IMG/VR virus record: IMGVR_UViG_3300011008_000999
Reading direction: 5' to 3' (one strand)
Source of the DNA: a virus
Taxonomy: Duplodnaviria; Caudoviricetes
DNA: 64,000 nt
Shown here: piece after piece, positions 10,556 to 19,924 of the stretch
Layout of the letters: each line of letters opens with the position of its first letter
How positions within the stretch are numbered: the stretch's first letter is position 1
The notes under the pieces: generated by a model
Database searches by the model: none
Seen by the model: only the letters and a program-made list of their open reading frames with translations
Told to the model about the DNA's origin: nothing
Position numbers and translations under genes: made by a program

Positions 10556-10911
10556 TATTCAACTACCTCTAATGCGTATTCTCTAACTACTGTTTCATAG
10601 TCCATATTTTTGATCTGCTCATAACTATTTTCAAAATCATAAATACTTATATGAACTTTAGTATCATTAGAATAAGTCAATACTACATCATCTACGTAAT
10701 ATTCAACATCCTCTAATATAATATCTTCTTCACCATACTTTTCTTCATATAATAGCCAGGTTTTAGCGAACATAGTTTTACAGATATCATTAATAGTTTT
10801 GACATCTTCTTCACAATACTGGTGCTCTCGTTCATTATAAGATCTTATATTATCCCAAGAACCACCTTCGCATAACATTTCTTTCCAAGTATATTCATTT
10901 TTAGGATGCAT
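10555..10911 (-). CDS. Paralog array member 4 (start revised to MHPKNEY at 10911)
   Basis: GAGGT RBS 8 nt before ATG at 10911; C-terminal VVLTYSNDTKVHI...VVREYALEV. Confidence 0.75.
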   Translation of the reverse strand: MHPKNEYTWKEMLCEGGSWDNIRSYNEREHQYCEEDVKTINDICKTMFAKTWLLYEEKYGEEDIILEDVEYYVDDVVLTYSNDTKVHISIYDFENSYEQIKNMDYETVVREYALEVVE

Positions 10912-11417
10912 TATCAAGTACCTCGATTGCAAATTGCGATATAATAGTTTTGTAGTCCATCTTACCAATTTCAGATTCTATCATAAAGAAATCTACTGCA
11001 TTCATAATCATATGAGTATTATTACTAAAACGTACAGTTACAGTACAAGTATTTTCATCATATTCGTATCCAGTATATTTAATTACAACCTTCTTAGGTT
11101 TTGCTTTTTCCCTCTCAAACTGAAGACGTATATCATAATACTGTAAAGCTCTTTTAAACTCATCAAATGCTAAATCATCTTTATACCAATCTGCATCATA
11201 ACCATATTTATAATAATCGTCAATAAGATTATCTGCAAAATCATAATTACCATAATAGTCATTATACTCAAAATTCAACTTATTTGATACATATTCAAGT
11301 ATCTCTACTAGATGGTTATATTCATCACGATCATAAGTAGGATCAAGATAATTCAAATAGTCTTCAAGTTGTGCACAAAATCTTAAGTTGTTTTTAAATA
11401 TTTTTTTTAGGATGCAT
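10901..11417 (-). CDS. Paralog array member 3, apparently frameshifted at an A8 tract near its 5' end
   Basis: RBS plus ATG CAT CCT at 11417; deleting one A from 11401-11408 joins it in frame to ORF 10901-11356; C-terminal VTVRFSNNTHMIM...IISQFAIEV. Confidence 0.65.
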
Positions 11418-11882
11418 TTAATATACCTCTATAGCAAATTCTCTAATAATATCATCTTTGCTAAAATCTTCTAAGAATAGTGCATTCTCTTCATAGTCAT
11501 TTCTGGAAATAATGACAATTGTAGAATCTGAAAAACGCATTGAAACTATATCATTCATAATTTTAATATTAGAAATTACTGGATGATTCATTACTATTAC
11601 ATCTCCATCAAAGTCTAAACCGCTCTTTAATATGTCGGTCATTAACACTTGCGATTTACCAGTTCCACAACTAGAAGTAATTGGTGTATATACTTTACCT
11701 ATAGGAATTCCAGTACTTTCTCCTAAGTAATCAGTAATGCTATTAACCGGTATTAGTGTACAATTATGTGGTATAGAGGCAAAATCTAAATCATGAATAT
11801 AAAGATCATTATTACAATAGTCTTTAGATAGCTGTTTCAAAGAAGATTTTTGTATCTTTTTAGTAGTTTTCGCCGCCATCAT
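11418..11882 (-). CDS. Paralog array member 2
   Basis: C-terminal VSMRFSDSTIVII...IIREFAIEV. Confidence 0.75.
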   Translation of the reverse strand: MMAAKTTKKIQKSSLKQLSKDYCNNDLYIHDLDFASIPHNCTLIPVNSITDYLGESTGIPIGKVYTPITSSCGTGKSQVLMTDILKSGLDFDGDVIVMNHPVISNIKIMNDIVSMRFSDSTIVIISRNDYEENALFLEDFSKDDIIREFAIEVY

Positions 11883-12243
11883 TATATTTTACCTCAATAG
11901 CAAATTCTCTAATAACTCTTTCTATAGGTATTTTATGCAATTCTTCATGATATTTCATCCAATCATCATGTGTAATATACACAATAGTTTCATTTGTATA
12001 TCTTATAGCGACTGTATCTGTATCGAGGCCGTCTACATAACTAATATAAACTTTATCTTTCCAGTATTCTTTCTGTCGTTTATTATTCATTGATGGGCCA
12101 TATAATTCATGAAGAACTGCATCTAATTCTTCGTCTGACATATCATCAAAAGGATAATTATCTTTCTTCCACTCAATAGCGCTCATAACATCAAGCATAG
12201 AAGATTCACTTTCAAACATACCATTGTCTAATAAAGCGAACAT
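11860..12243 (-). CDS. Paralog array member 1
   Basis: C-terminal VAIRYTNETIVYI...VIREFAIEV. Confidence 0.75.
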   Translation of the reverse strand: MFALLDNGMFESESSMLDVMSAIEWKKDNYPFDDMSDEELDAVLHELYGPSMNNKRQKEYWKDKVYISYVDGLDTDTVAIRYTNETIVYITHDDWMKYHEELHKIPIERVIREFAIEVKYNDGGENY

Positions 12244-12252
12244 ATAATCTCC

Positions 12253-13899
12253 TTAGAGAAGTCTTTCATCATGAGATACAATAATCCACTGGTTATTATC
12301 TTCATGAATAATTCTTCTAATTGCTGCAATATTATCTGCATCCAAGTTAGAGAAAGACTCATCCATAACAAGTGGAAGTGAAGGTAAGAAAAGGTTTCTT
12401 ATTACCAAGATAAGTGATAATGCAACAATTGTCTTTTCACCTTTTGAAAGACACTGAACAGCATATACATTCTCAGATTTGAAATCTTTATCAAAGAGTC
12501 TTGCTTTATAAACACCATTCTCAATAAAGATCTCAGTATATCTTGTATTGATTGTCTTAACAATCTCAGAAGCTTTCTTTACAAGTTCCTGTGCATAATG
12601 TTCTTTTGCCTGCTCAATGAACTCTTCTACGATCTCAATACATTTCTTATCTTGATTCCAAATATCAGTAGCAAGAAGTAACTCATTGATCTTACCAAAG
12701 TCTTTACTAAGACTTGCAAACTCATTTCTCTTCTTATCATACTCTGCATATAACTGATTAGTTTCTGCGTTATAAGAATCAAGAATTGACTGATAATCAA
12801 ATTCAGTAGCATACTTAAGCGGCTCTAACAGTTTAACAAAATGCCAATACTTTTTAGATTCAAGCAGCTTATCAAATGTGTACTGCTTTTCTTCCTTTTC
12901 CTTAAGAATAGCTTCAAGTCTCTGAATCTTATCATTATCTACAGTATCATAATCAAGTTTAGGCTCTACAAACTTACCACCACAAAGGACACAAGTATTG
13001 TTATTGCACTTACTTTCATTAATCAACTGAGCAATTGTAGTTCTAGGATATTTTACAAGAGGTGAAGAAACAGGCTTAGACTTTTCAGCATTAAGTTCGT
13101 CTTCTACGTTCTTAAAATAAGCATCCCATTCTTCAGGAGTTTTACCATATCCATTAAGTTTTACACAGGTTTCACGATCATAAGCAGGTTCAGGACAAGC
13201 ATCTAACATCGCCTTTACCTTAAGATATTCTTCATGATCAGTTTTTGCTTTCTTTGCCTTGATTACATCTGAATCAGATACAAATGCTTTTTCCTTGATC
13301 TTTGCTTCGATATCAGCAATTTCTTTTTCAAGCGTATCAATATCTTCTTTAGTTACTTTCTGATTAGTAATAGCTTTTTCAAGGGTAGCTTTCTGTTTCT
13401 GCTGATATGATCTATCAGATGTGAAATGCTGCTTAAGAGAGAGTGGTTCTGAAAATTCAGTTTCAAGCAACGAATACAAATAACTAGAATTAAGTACCTG
13501 TGAAAGAGCTAATGACTCATATCCCCATAAAGAGGTAAGTACTGAATCAGGAATGATCTTATTAAGAAGTTCTTTACATTCCTTATTTGTTCTAGCTACT
13601 AAAGATTCATCTTTGAATACTTTATATCCAGTAGTTTTACCGACTTCTCTCTCAACTACATAAGTAGAAGCGTTATGCGTGAAGTGTAATGTGATCTTGG
13701 AAGGTTTTTCAATATCTACAAGACTTGCGAAATCAAGATTATCTGGACGCTTATCAAATAAGCAAAGAACAATTGCTTCAATAAGTGAAGTTTTACCTTC
13801 ACCATTTTTCCAGTTAAACATTGTGAGTCCATTTTCGAAATCAACCTTCTTATGATCAAAACATTTCCAATTGATCATTTCGATTGAGTTAATCCTCAT
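12253..13899 (-). CDS. sbcC: SbcC/Rad50-like ABC ATPase
   Basis: Walker A KNGEGKTS, CVLCG zinc hook, LSKGE signature, VMDESFSNLD, IVSHD. Confidence 0.9.
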   Translation of the reverse strand: MRINSIEMINWKCFDHKKVDFENGLTMFNWKNGEGKTSLIEAIVLCLFDKRPDNLDFASLVDIEKPSKITLHFTHNASTYVVEREVGKTTGYKVFKDESLVARTNKECKELLNKIIPDSVLTSLWGYESLALSQVLNSSYLYSLLETEFSEPLSLKQHFTSDRSYQQKQKATLEKAITNQKVTKEDIDTLEKEIADIEAKIKEKAFVSDSDVIKAKKAKTDHEEYLKVKAMLDACPEPAYDRETCVKLNGYGKTPEEWDAYFKNVEDELNAEKSKPVSSPLVKYPRTTIAQLINESKCNNNTCVLCGGKFVEPKLDYDTVDNDKIQRLEAILKEKEEKQYTFDKLLESKKYWHFVKLLEPLKYATEFDYQSILDSYNAETNQLYAEYDKKRNEFASLSKDFGKINELLLATDIWNQDKKCIEIVEEFIEQAKEHYAQELVKKASEIVKTINTRYTEIFIENGVYKARLFDKDFKSENVYAVQCLSKGEKTIVALSLILVIRNLFLPSLPLVMDESFSNLDADNIAAIRRIIHEDNNQWIIVSHDERLL

Positions 13900-14065
13900 T
13901 TATTATCTCCTTAATTTCCTTCTTCGCTTTCTGTCTATTATACTGCTTCTTTGTAGAGAATACTGTTGCACGAGGACGTAAAGGCTGCTCATAAGAAGAC
14001 TTATTTCCAGGATTGACTTTATTCTGATGTTCTATTTTTTCCATTATCTTCTTAATTGAAGCCAT
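13889..14065 (-). CDS. Small basic protein (58 aa), weakly ArfA-like
   Basis: Translated by hand: ...LRPRATVFSTKKQYNRQKAKK...; GAGG RBS; overlaps the sbcC start. Confidence 0.55.
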   Translation of the reverse strand: MASIKKIMEKIEHQNKVNPGNKSSYEQPLRPRATVFSTKKQYNRQKAKKEIKEIINED

Positions 14066-14097
14066 AATAAATATACCTCTTTCTTTTAGATATTTTT

Positions 14098-14130
14098 ATT
14101 ATATCAAGAAAGTTTTATAATGTAAATAGT
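14098..14130 (-). promoter_or_regulatory. Class I sigmaA-like promoter
   Basis: ACTA-TTTACA, 17 bp spacer ending TGA, TATAAT. Confidence 0.8.
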
Positions 14131-14538
14131 TTAGTCACAAAATTTTACAACATTGATTCCTTCATTTTGAAGCATATCAATAGCAGTACCATCCGGTCCA
14201 GCTCCACTACCATAACCATAAACTTCATCAAGATATTTAGCATATTCTCTCACAGTCATAGGTTTAGTAGTTTGAATAACTACATTAGGCCATCCACCAC
14301 CAGGACCAGTCATGTCAAGTACCTTAACAATTTTGTCAGGTATTCCATTTCTTTCTTCATAAGCATTATAAGCAGCTACAAACTTATCTTCATCATTTGC
14401 CTGTCCAGCTTGACTAATTGCTTCATCTTCAAGTCCATCATAACAAATATCAAATTCAAAACTAAATAGATATTTTTTGTTAGACTCAAGAATATTGTTG
14501 AAAGAAAAATCGTCGTTTTTACCAATTGATAGTATCAT
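14131..14538 (-). CDS. Hypothetical protein
   Basis: 135 aa ORF with AGGAGG RBS. Confidence 0.65.
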   Translation of the reverse strand: MILSIGKNDDFSFNNILESNKKYLFSFEFDICYDGLEDEAISQAGQANDEDKFVAAYNAYEERNGIPDKIVKVLDMTGPGGGWPNVVIQTTKPMTVREYAKYLDEVYGYGSGAGPDGTAIDMLQNEGINVVKFCD

Positions 14539-14553
14539 TTCTTATACCTCCTT

Positions 14554-14599
14554 AAAAAATATAAAGCCTACCGTAATAATAAATACTACGCTAGGCTTT
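14554..14599 (-). terminator. Rho-independent terminator after ssb
   Basis: AAAGCCTA...TAGGCTTT inverted repeat followed by a T-rich run on the minus strand. Confidence 0.65.
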
Positions 14600-14633
14600 C
14601 ATTTATAATTGTAACTCTCTTATGATGTTTATA

Positions 14634-15092
14634 TTAAAAATCATCGTATGCATCATAAGATGCTGTCGCAGGTGCGGAATCAGGCTTAGCGGCAGGCTGT
14701 TCAGTAGGCTGAGACTGTGTCTGAGGCTGAGGCTGAGTTGCAGTAGGTGTAGACTCACCGCCAGAAACATTACCATCAGACTTCTTACCAAAGAACTCAA
14801 CGTTATCAATAAGCATCTGGAAGCCATATACCTTGGTTCCATCTTCCTTAGTATAATTGTTGTTCTGGAATGTTCCTTCAATAAGAGCTTTAGAACCTTT
14901 CTTGAAATACTTAGCAATAAAGTCTGCAGTCTTACCGAATGCTACATACTGGAACCAGTCTGTGTCAGGGTCACCTTCCTTGTGGAAACGTCTTGCAACT
15001 GCTCCACTGAATTTAACCATAGTCTGATTGTCTCCGTAGTTCTTAACCTCCGGATCTCCACCAAAAGTAACTGTTTGAGTTGTTCTGTTCAT
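14634..15092 (-). CDS. ssb: Single-stranded DNA-binding protein
   Basis: OB-fold DTDWFQYVAFGKTADFIAKYFKKGS; Q/P-rich linker; acidic tail YDDF. Confidence 0.92.
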   Translation of the reverse strand: MNRTTQTVTFGGDPEVKNYGDNQTMVKFSGAVARRFHKEGDPDTDWFQYVAFGKTADFIAKYFKKGSKALIEGTFQNNNYTKEDGTKVYGFQMLIDNVEFFGKKSDGNVSGGESTPTATQPQPQTQSQPTEQPAAKPDSAPATASYDAYDDF

Positions 15093-15171
15093 AATTTTTG
15101 TTTCTCCTTTATATCTTACAATTTTTTATATACTAAACGCATTATTGCGTATTAGTTAAATAATGATTCTT

Positions 15172-15187
15172 GTAATATTAAATAGCT
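15172..15187 (-). promoter_or_regulatory. Class II motif upstream of ssb
   Basis: AGCTATTTAATATTAC. Confidence 0.6.
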
Positions 15188-15195
15188 CTTCGTTT

Positions 15196-16881
15196 TTAAA
15201 TCTTGAAGAAATCAACTGCATCTTTAAGATCATCTGCAAGATTCTTCATAGTAGTCATATCTTCTGATACACTATTTACTGCTTGAGACACAGTAACCGT
15301 AGTAGCAGTTACCTCTTCATTTGTAGCAGAAGTCTCTTCTGAAATAGCGGACAGATCAGAAATTGCACCAGAAATAACTGACTTAATTTCATCAAGCTTC
15401 TTAGTAATATCAGATACCTTGTTAATATTATCTACTGAAGAAGTAATTTCGTTATTAAGCGCATCGAACTGTTCCATAGCAATCTGAAGAAGTTCCTGTT
15501 CTTTATCAATAATTGCCTTAACTTCATCTGCCTGAGTTACACAGTTAGCAGAAAGATCAGTAATCTCATTTACAACATCTTTAATGTTCTTAGCAGATGC
15601 ATTACTATCAGCAGCAAGTTTACCAATTTCATCAGCAACTACTGCAAATCCTCTACCAGATTCACCAGCTCTTGCAGCTTCAATCTGTGCATTGAGTGAT
15701 AAGAGATTAGTCTGACCTGCAATATCAGAGATAAGCTTAACCATTTCACTGATCTTTTCAACTGCAGTATTTGTATTGTTAATACTCTGACGAATATTTG
15801 TAACAGCATCAACTGACTTCTTACTACTTTCAGAAATATCAGAAATACACTGCATAGCGTTTGTATTTGCATTAGACATTGTATCGGTACTATCTTTAAG
15901 AACTGAAACTATATCTACTGCATTAGATACGATTTTATCCATATCAGATACATTCTCGCTAATATCCTGTACATTCTCAGCAAGAGTAACTGTACCATCA
16001 GCAAGATTACTCATAGAATCGGAGATCTGTGACATATCACTAGATACCTGTTCTGCATTACAAGTAGTTTCTTCTATCTTATCATCAAGACCACTCATAT
16101 TTGTATTGATCTTGGATAAAATTTCCTGAAGGTTAACTAAAAGAATCTTAATACTATCAATAAGTGTAATAGTCTCAGTTACATGAGATTCAGCATTAAG
16201 TTCAATCTTAGTTTCACCAGTAGAAAGTGTTTTAAGACTATCTGCAACTTCTTTAATAGGATTAGAAACCTTTTTAACTATCATAATAGCGATTACTGTA
16301 AAGATACCAATAAGAATAGCTGCTAAACCAAAAATAATAAGCATAATATGCTGTTCTGCTTTCTGAATCTGAGTAGCAGGTTTACCAGCAAATGCCATAC
16401 CTACAACATTTTTATCTGCATCATATAGAGGCATGTAATATACAAAATACTTAATTCCACCAATTTTTACATCATTAGACTGATAATCCTCTTTAGACTT
16501 AACTGCTTTCCATACAGCCTCAGATGCAGTTGTTCCTTCATTTCTTGTACCATCTTCATTTCTAAGAGATGTCATATAACGTACATCATCTTTGAACAGT
16601 GTAAGATGTACACCGACGTTATTATTAACGACGTCAATATATTCAGTTGGATCATATTCAACGAAACCGTCAGTTAGATCCGCATCGTTTATCAAGTCAT
16701 ATTCATAATAACTCTTAAGACCTTGTGCAGCTAACTTCAGTTCTTCAAAAGTAGTAGTTTCAAGATTTGAGTTCATTATGTTTAGAGAAACTATAGCTAA
16801 CATAATGATTCCACAAGTCAGTGGAACTAATGCAAATAAGATCAGCATTTGTCTCAAGTTAATGCCCTTTTTGTTACTCAT
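15196..16881 (-). CDS. Methyl-accepting chemotaxis protein with Cache-type sensor domain
   Basis: Two TM helices flanking a Cache-like domain; signalling motif [37 protein letters not shown]. Confidence 0.93.
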   Translation of the reverse strand: MSNKKGINLRQMLILFALVPLTCGIIMLAIVSLNIMNSNLETTTFEELKLAAQGLKSYYEYDLINDADLTDGFVEYDPTEYIDVVNNNVGVHLTLFKDDVRYMTSLRNEDGTRNEGTTASEAVWKAVKSKEDYQSNDVKIGGIKYFVYYMPLYDADKNVVGMAFAGKPATQIQKAEQHIMLIIFGLAAILIGIFTVIAIMIVKKVSNPIKEVADSLKTLSTGETKIELNAESHVTETITLIDSIKILLVNLQEILSKINTNMSGLDDKIEETTCNAEQVSSDMSQISDSMSNLADGTVTLAENVQDISENVSDMDKIVSNAVDIVSVLKDSTDTMSNANTNAMQCISDISESSKKSVDAVTNIRQSINNTNTAVEKISEMVKLISDIAGQTNLLSLNAQIEAARAGESGRGFAVVADEIGKLAADSNASAKNIKDVVNEITDLSANCVTQADEVKAIIDKEQELLQIAMEQFDALNNEITSSVDNINKVSDITKKLDEIKSVISGAISDLSAISEETSATNEEVTATTVTVSQAVNSVSEDMTTMKNLADDLKDAVDFFKI

Positions 16882-16985
16882 TTTTTCTCCTTTTTGCCAA
16901 CCTCTTTAATTGGCTTTGGTGATGGTTTTGGTATAGGTTTGACCTTTATACCTCCACAGTTTGATCTAATATTTTTATCATTCAT
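16878..16985 (-). CDS. Small Pro/Lys-rich peptide (35 aa)
   Basis: [35 protein letters not shown]; AAGGAG RBS; ATGA overlap with the MCP start. Confidence 0.5.
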   Translation of the reverse strand: MNDKNIRSNCGGIKVKPIPKPSPKPIKEVGKKEKK

Positions 16986-16995
16986 AATAACTCCT

Positions 16996-17685
16996 TTATA
17001 TTGCTATAAGACCATAAGTATATCCAAATTTTTTCTGATTCTTAAGCAACCAGTTATGTGAAGATACTAAATAAATATTATTTATACTATTACATTTAGT
17101 ATAATACTCATTTTTAGCATTTGCATAAATTCGATTAGACATTTCCTGAGTCATAATTCCATTATTTAACTGTACTTTAAGGAAGGAATTAAGTTTATCA
17201 AATTCAGCTTTTGCCGTAGCGATATCAGCGTCAATTTTCTTTCCAAGTTTATCATCATATTTTTTATAGGCTTCTACTATAGAAGGATCAAAATTATCGA
17301 GTTTAGTCATACTATATACACCTTCTTTAGTAACTGCTCTATAAGTATGTAACTTCTTAAATTCTACAAATATTTCTAAATCACCGACGCTAAAAGTACC
17401 ACCAATCATTCCTACGTTTCTAGGATGAACGTGAGAAAATACTGTAGATCTCTTATAAGCATCTACAGTCATAGCTACAAAACCCTTACAACCTTTATGT
17501 TCTTCAACTATTTTCTTATTATTTACTAAAATACCAAATTCAATTTTACTAAATTGTCTTTTAGTTTCAAAATCAATAATAGACTGAGGAACTACAGTAT
17601 TAAGGTTACTATATGTCAATAAAATAGGTAACTCAATTACTTTACCATTAACATCATTTACTGTTGTTATCTTAGTAGTTTTCAT
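16996..17685 (-). CDS. JAB/MPN-like domain protein
   Basis: SHVHP...TFSVGD matches the HxHP...FSxxD pattern. Confidence 0.5.
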   Translation of the reverse strand: MKTTKITTVNDVNGKVIELPILLTYSNLNTVVPQSIIDFETKRQFSKIEFGILVNNKKIVEEHKGCKGFVAMTVDAYKRSTVFSHVHPRNVGMIGGTFSVGDLEIFVEFKKLHTYRAVTKEGVYSMTKLDNFDPSIVEAYKKYDDKLGKKIDADIATAKAEFDKLNSFLKVQLNNGIMTQEMSNRIYANAKNEYYTKCNSINNIYLVSSHNWLLKNQKKFGYTYGLIAI

Positions 17686-17710
17686 TTAAGTTACCTTATT
17701 ATTATAGGTT

Positions 17711-17776
17711 TGATTGGATGTGGTGCAGTCGAAACACCCTCAGTGCTTAATGCCTTATGAGTCCGTTTACATCCAA
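17711..17776 (-). ncRNA. tRNA-like structured RNA (acceptor-like stem plus T-arm, no D-arm)
   Basis: TTGGATGT/ACATCCAA closing stem; GGTGT-TTCGACT-GCACC T-arm; internal CTCA/TGAG stem; lies about 60 nt downstream of a class I promoter. Confidence 0.5.
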
Positions 17777-17833
17777 CCTCTTTGAGAGGTAAATAATCAT
17801 GCAAGACAATATTATTATCATCTTACTATAATT

Positions 17834-17866
17834 ATTATAACACGAACATATAAGTTCGTAAATAGT
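17834..17866 (-). promoter_or_regulatory. Class I sigmaA-like promoter
   Basis: ACTA-TTTACG-N17-TATAAT with extended -10 TG. Confidence 0.75.
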
Positions 17867-17876
17867 TTTTTGCAAA

Positions 17877-19151
17877 TTAATTTGCAATATAGTCAATAGT
17901 TAATTTTTTATTGAGATTTGCATTATGTACAGTAAAACTAAAACTATCCATACCTATACGAGATCCATCCTTAAGTAAGATATATGAATGTGAGAAATCA
18001 TATCCGTTCTGCTGAGTCATATAATGTCCAGAAGGCTCTTTATATGTTTCAATTTTATATATTTCTCTTTCTATATATTCAATTTCATCTTCATCATACT
18101 GATCAATTTCTGATAATGGAATCTGATTGCCATCTTTATCTATAGCAATAGTTTCGTATTCACCAGTAGGTTCTTCTCTAGTTCTATTTACTAAAATCTC
18201 AGAGGTCCAGAAATGTGCAATCTTATTCAACTTTACAGTGTAATAAGATAACTTACCATCAGAATTATAAACACCTTCTATAATAAGTTCACTATTCATA
18301 TCAGTATTGACTTCAACATCAATATCTTCTGCAACCTCAGCATCTGGATCATCTGTTACTCCAGCCTCTTCTCTTGCAGATGCTTCTCTCTTTTCTTTAA
18401 TTTTAGCCATATCTTCTGCAGTATATTCTAGGTTAGCATCACCAATTGAAAACTTCCAAGTATATGTGGTACCCCAAATATCATTATCTTTAGCTTCTAC
18501 AGCTAAACTAAAAATATCATTAGAATTTCCTTCTTTTCTACTATCAAAATTAGTATCACAGAATTTAATCAATTCTTCAAATTTCTTAGTAGATCTAATA
18601 AGATCAGAAGGAGAAACATCTTTAATACCAATCTTAAACTTATCTATTGCAGGTACAAACATTGCTAAACTTTCTTCATCATATCTAGCATCATACTTAA
18701 CATCAGATAAGTTAAGTTTCATAGTATAACCAGAACAATAAACATGATTAGTGATACTTGTTTCTTTAAGCTGTTCTGTTTCGTTAACGCTAACTGATAC
18801 ATCATCTAATGTAAAACAATAAGGAGCTACCTGTGCAACAGCTAATCCATTTACATAGAACTTATCATCCCTATCATTTGGATAAATGTAATTTACATCA
18901 GAATAGTCTTCTACTTCAGGTTCCTCTTCAGCATCAGTGCTTTGCTTTTTCCAAGGATCATAGTCAGTGTCATTAGGACCGGCTATAATAATGTCAGTAT
19001 TTTGTTCTTCATCTTCAGTTTTTGTAACTATTGGATTTACTGCATAATTATGCTGTTCTTCTGTGCTAGCTTCAGGCTCTTTTTTACCACATGCAGCTAA
19101 ACTGACAATACATGTCAAAATAAGAAAACTAGCAAAAAGTCTCTTTTTCAT
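17877..19151 (-). CDS. Lipoprotein (HNYAxN motif)
   Basis: Lipobox LAAC; acidic tether. Confidence 0.75.
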   Translation of the reverse strand: MKKRLFASFLILTCIVSLAACGKKEPEASTEEQHNYAVNPIVTKTEDEEQNTDIIIAGPNDTDYDPWKKQSTDAEEEPEVEDYSDVNYIYPNDRDDKFYVNGLAVAQVAPYCFTLDDVSVSVNETEQLKETSITNHVYCSGYTMKLNLSDVKYDARYDEESLAMFVPAIDKFKIGIKDVSPSDLIRSTKKFEELIKFCDTNFDSRKEGNSNDIFSLAVEAKDNDIWGTTYTWKFSIGDANLEYTAEDMAKIKEKREASAREEAGVTDDPDAEVAEDIDVEVNTDMNSELIIEGVYNSDGKLSYYTVKLNKIAHFWTSEILVNRTREEPTGEYETIAIDKDGNQIPLSEIDQYDEDEIEYIEREIYKIETYKEPSGHYMTQQNGYDFSHSYILLKDGSRIGMDSFSFTVHNANLNKKLTIDYIAN

Positions 19152-19160
19152 AGAATCACC

Positions 19161-19916
19161 TCATCGATAAGTAACGGTATAATTATATAATACACCGTCT
19201 TTGAACAAAAAGTAATAACCATGATCTCCTAGATACTTCTCAGATAACCGTGTGTACTTATATGTAGCATAATTAATTGTACTCTCTTCTTCTACTGCAT
19301 CTCCAGCAGTATCTTGTACAGTACTAATATCTTCTTGCTGATTATCTATATCAGTTGGATCTCCAGCATTTTCAAGTAACTGTGTTTCAGTTAAATTAAA
19401 TGGACAAGATAATTTAAGCACATTATTTTCTACTACATCAAAAGTAAGAGAACTAAGTGGACAATTATTAATTGTCTTATTCTCATCAGTAAAGTTGCTA
19501 AATGTAACGTAAGCTAAATGTTCATCATCAAGTTTAATTTCAAATGTTTCTGATTCATAGTTAGGTCTAATGTTATTATTAGCATTAGAAATATCTACAA
19601 AAGGAACTTGATTGTCAATCATGTCTTGTAAAGTACTTTTATTAAATGTGTACTTATATCCATTAATTAGAATTGACATATCATCAAAATCGACATAATT
19701 ACTTGATAAAGTATCAGAAGATTGTGGAGCAACTACATTAGGTGTAGGTTCCTCAGTAGGTGTAGCTGTAGGAGCTTCAGTAATTGTAGGTTGCTCAGTC
19801 ACTACAGGTTGTTTTTCTGTAGTAGATGGCTTCATACTAGAACAAGCAGTAAGAGCCATAGAAAGCATCAAAATTCCAATGATAGCTCTCAATCTGTTTT
19901 TCATAATAATTTCCAC
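19161..19916 (-). CDS. Lipoprotein
   Basis: Lipobox LTAC; T/P/E-rich tether. Confidence 0.75.
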   Translation of the reverse strand: MEIIMKNRLRAIIGILMLSMALTACSSMKPSTTEKQPVVTEQPTITEAPTATPTEEPTPNVVAPQSSDTLSSNYVDFDDMSILINGYKYTFNKSTLQDMIDNQVPFVDISNANNNIRPNYESETFEIKLDDEHLAYVTFSNFTDENKTINNCPLSSLTFDVVENNVLKLSCPFNLTETQLLENAGDPTDIDNQQEDISTVQDTAGDAVEEESTINYATYKYTRLSEKYLGDHGYYFLFKDGVLYNYTVTYR

Positions 19917-19924
19917 TCCTGTTA

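Noticed and set aside
11640-11680. P-loop-like SCGTGKS in array member 2
   Set aside because: No Walker B or surrounding NTPase domain in a 154 aa protein; probably a remnant or coincidence
17711-17776. Canonical or ochre-suppressor tRNA, tmRNA, or hammerhead ribozyme
   Set aside because: No D-arm, no proper 5 bp anticodon stem or U33, no tag reading frame, and no CUGANGA/GAAA core in the required arrangement
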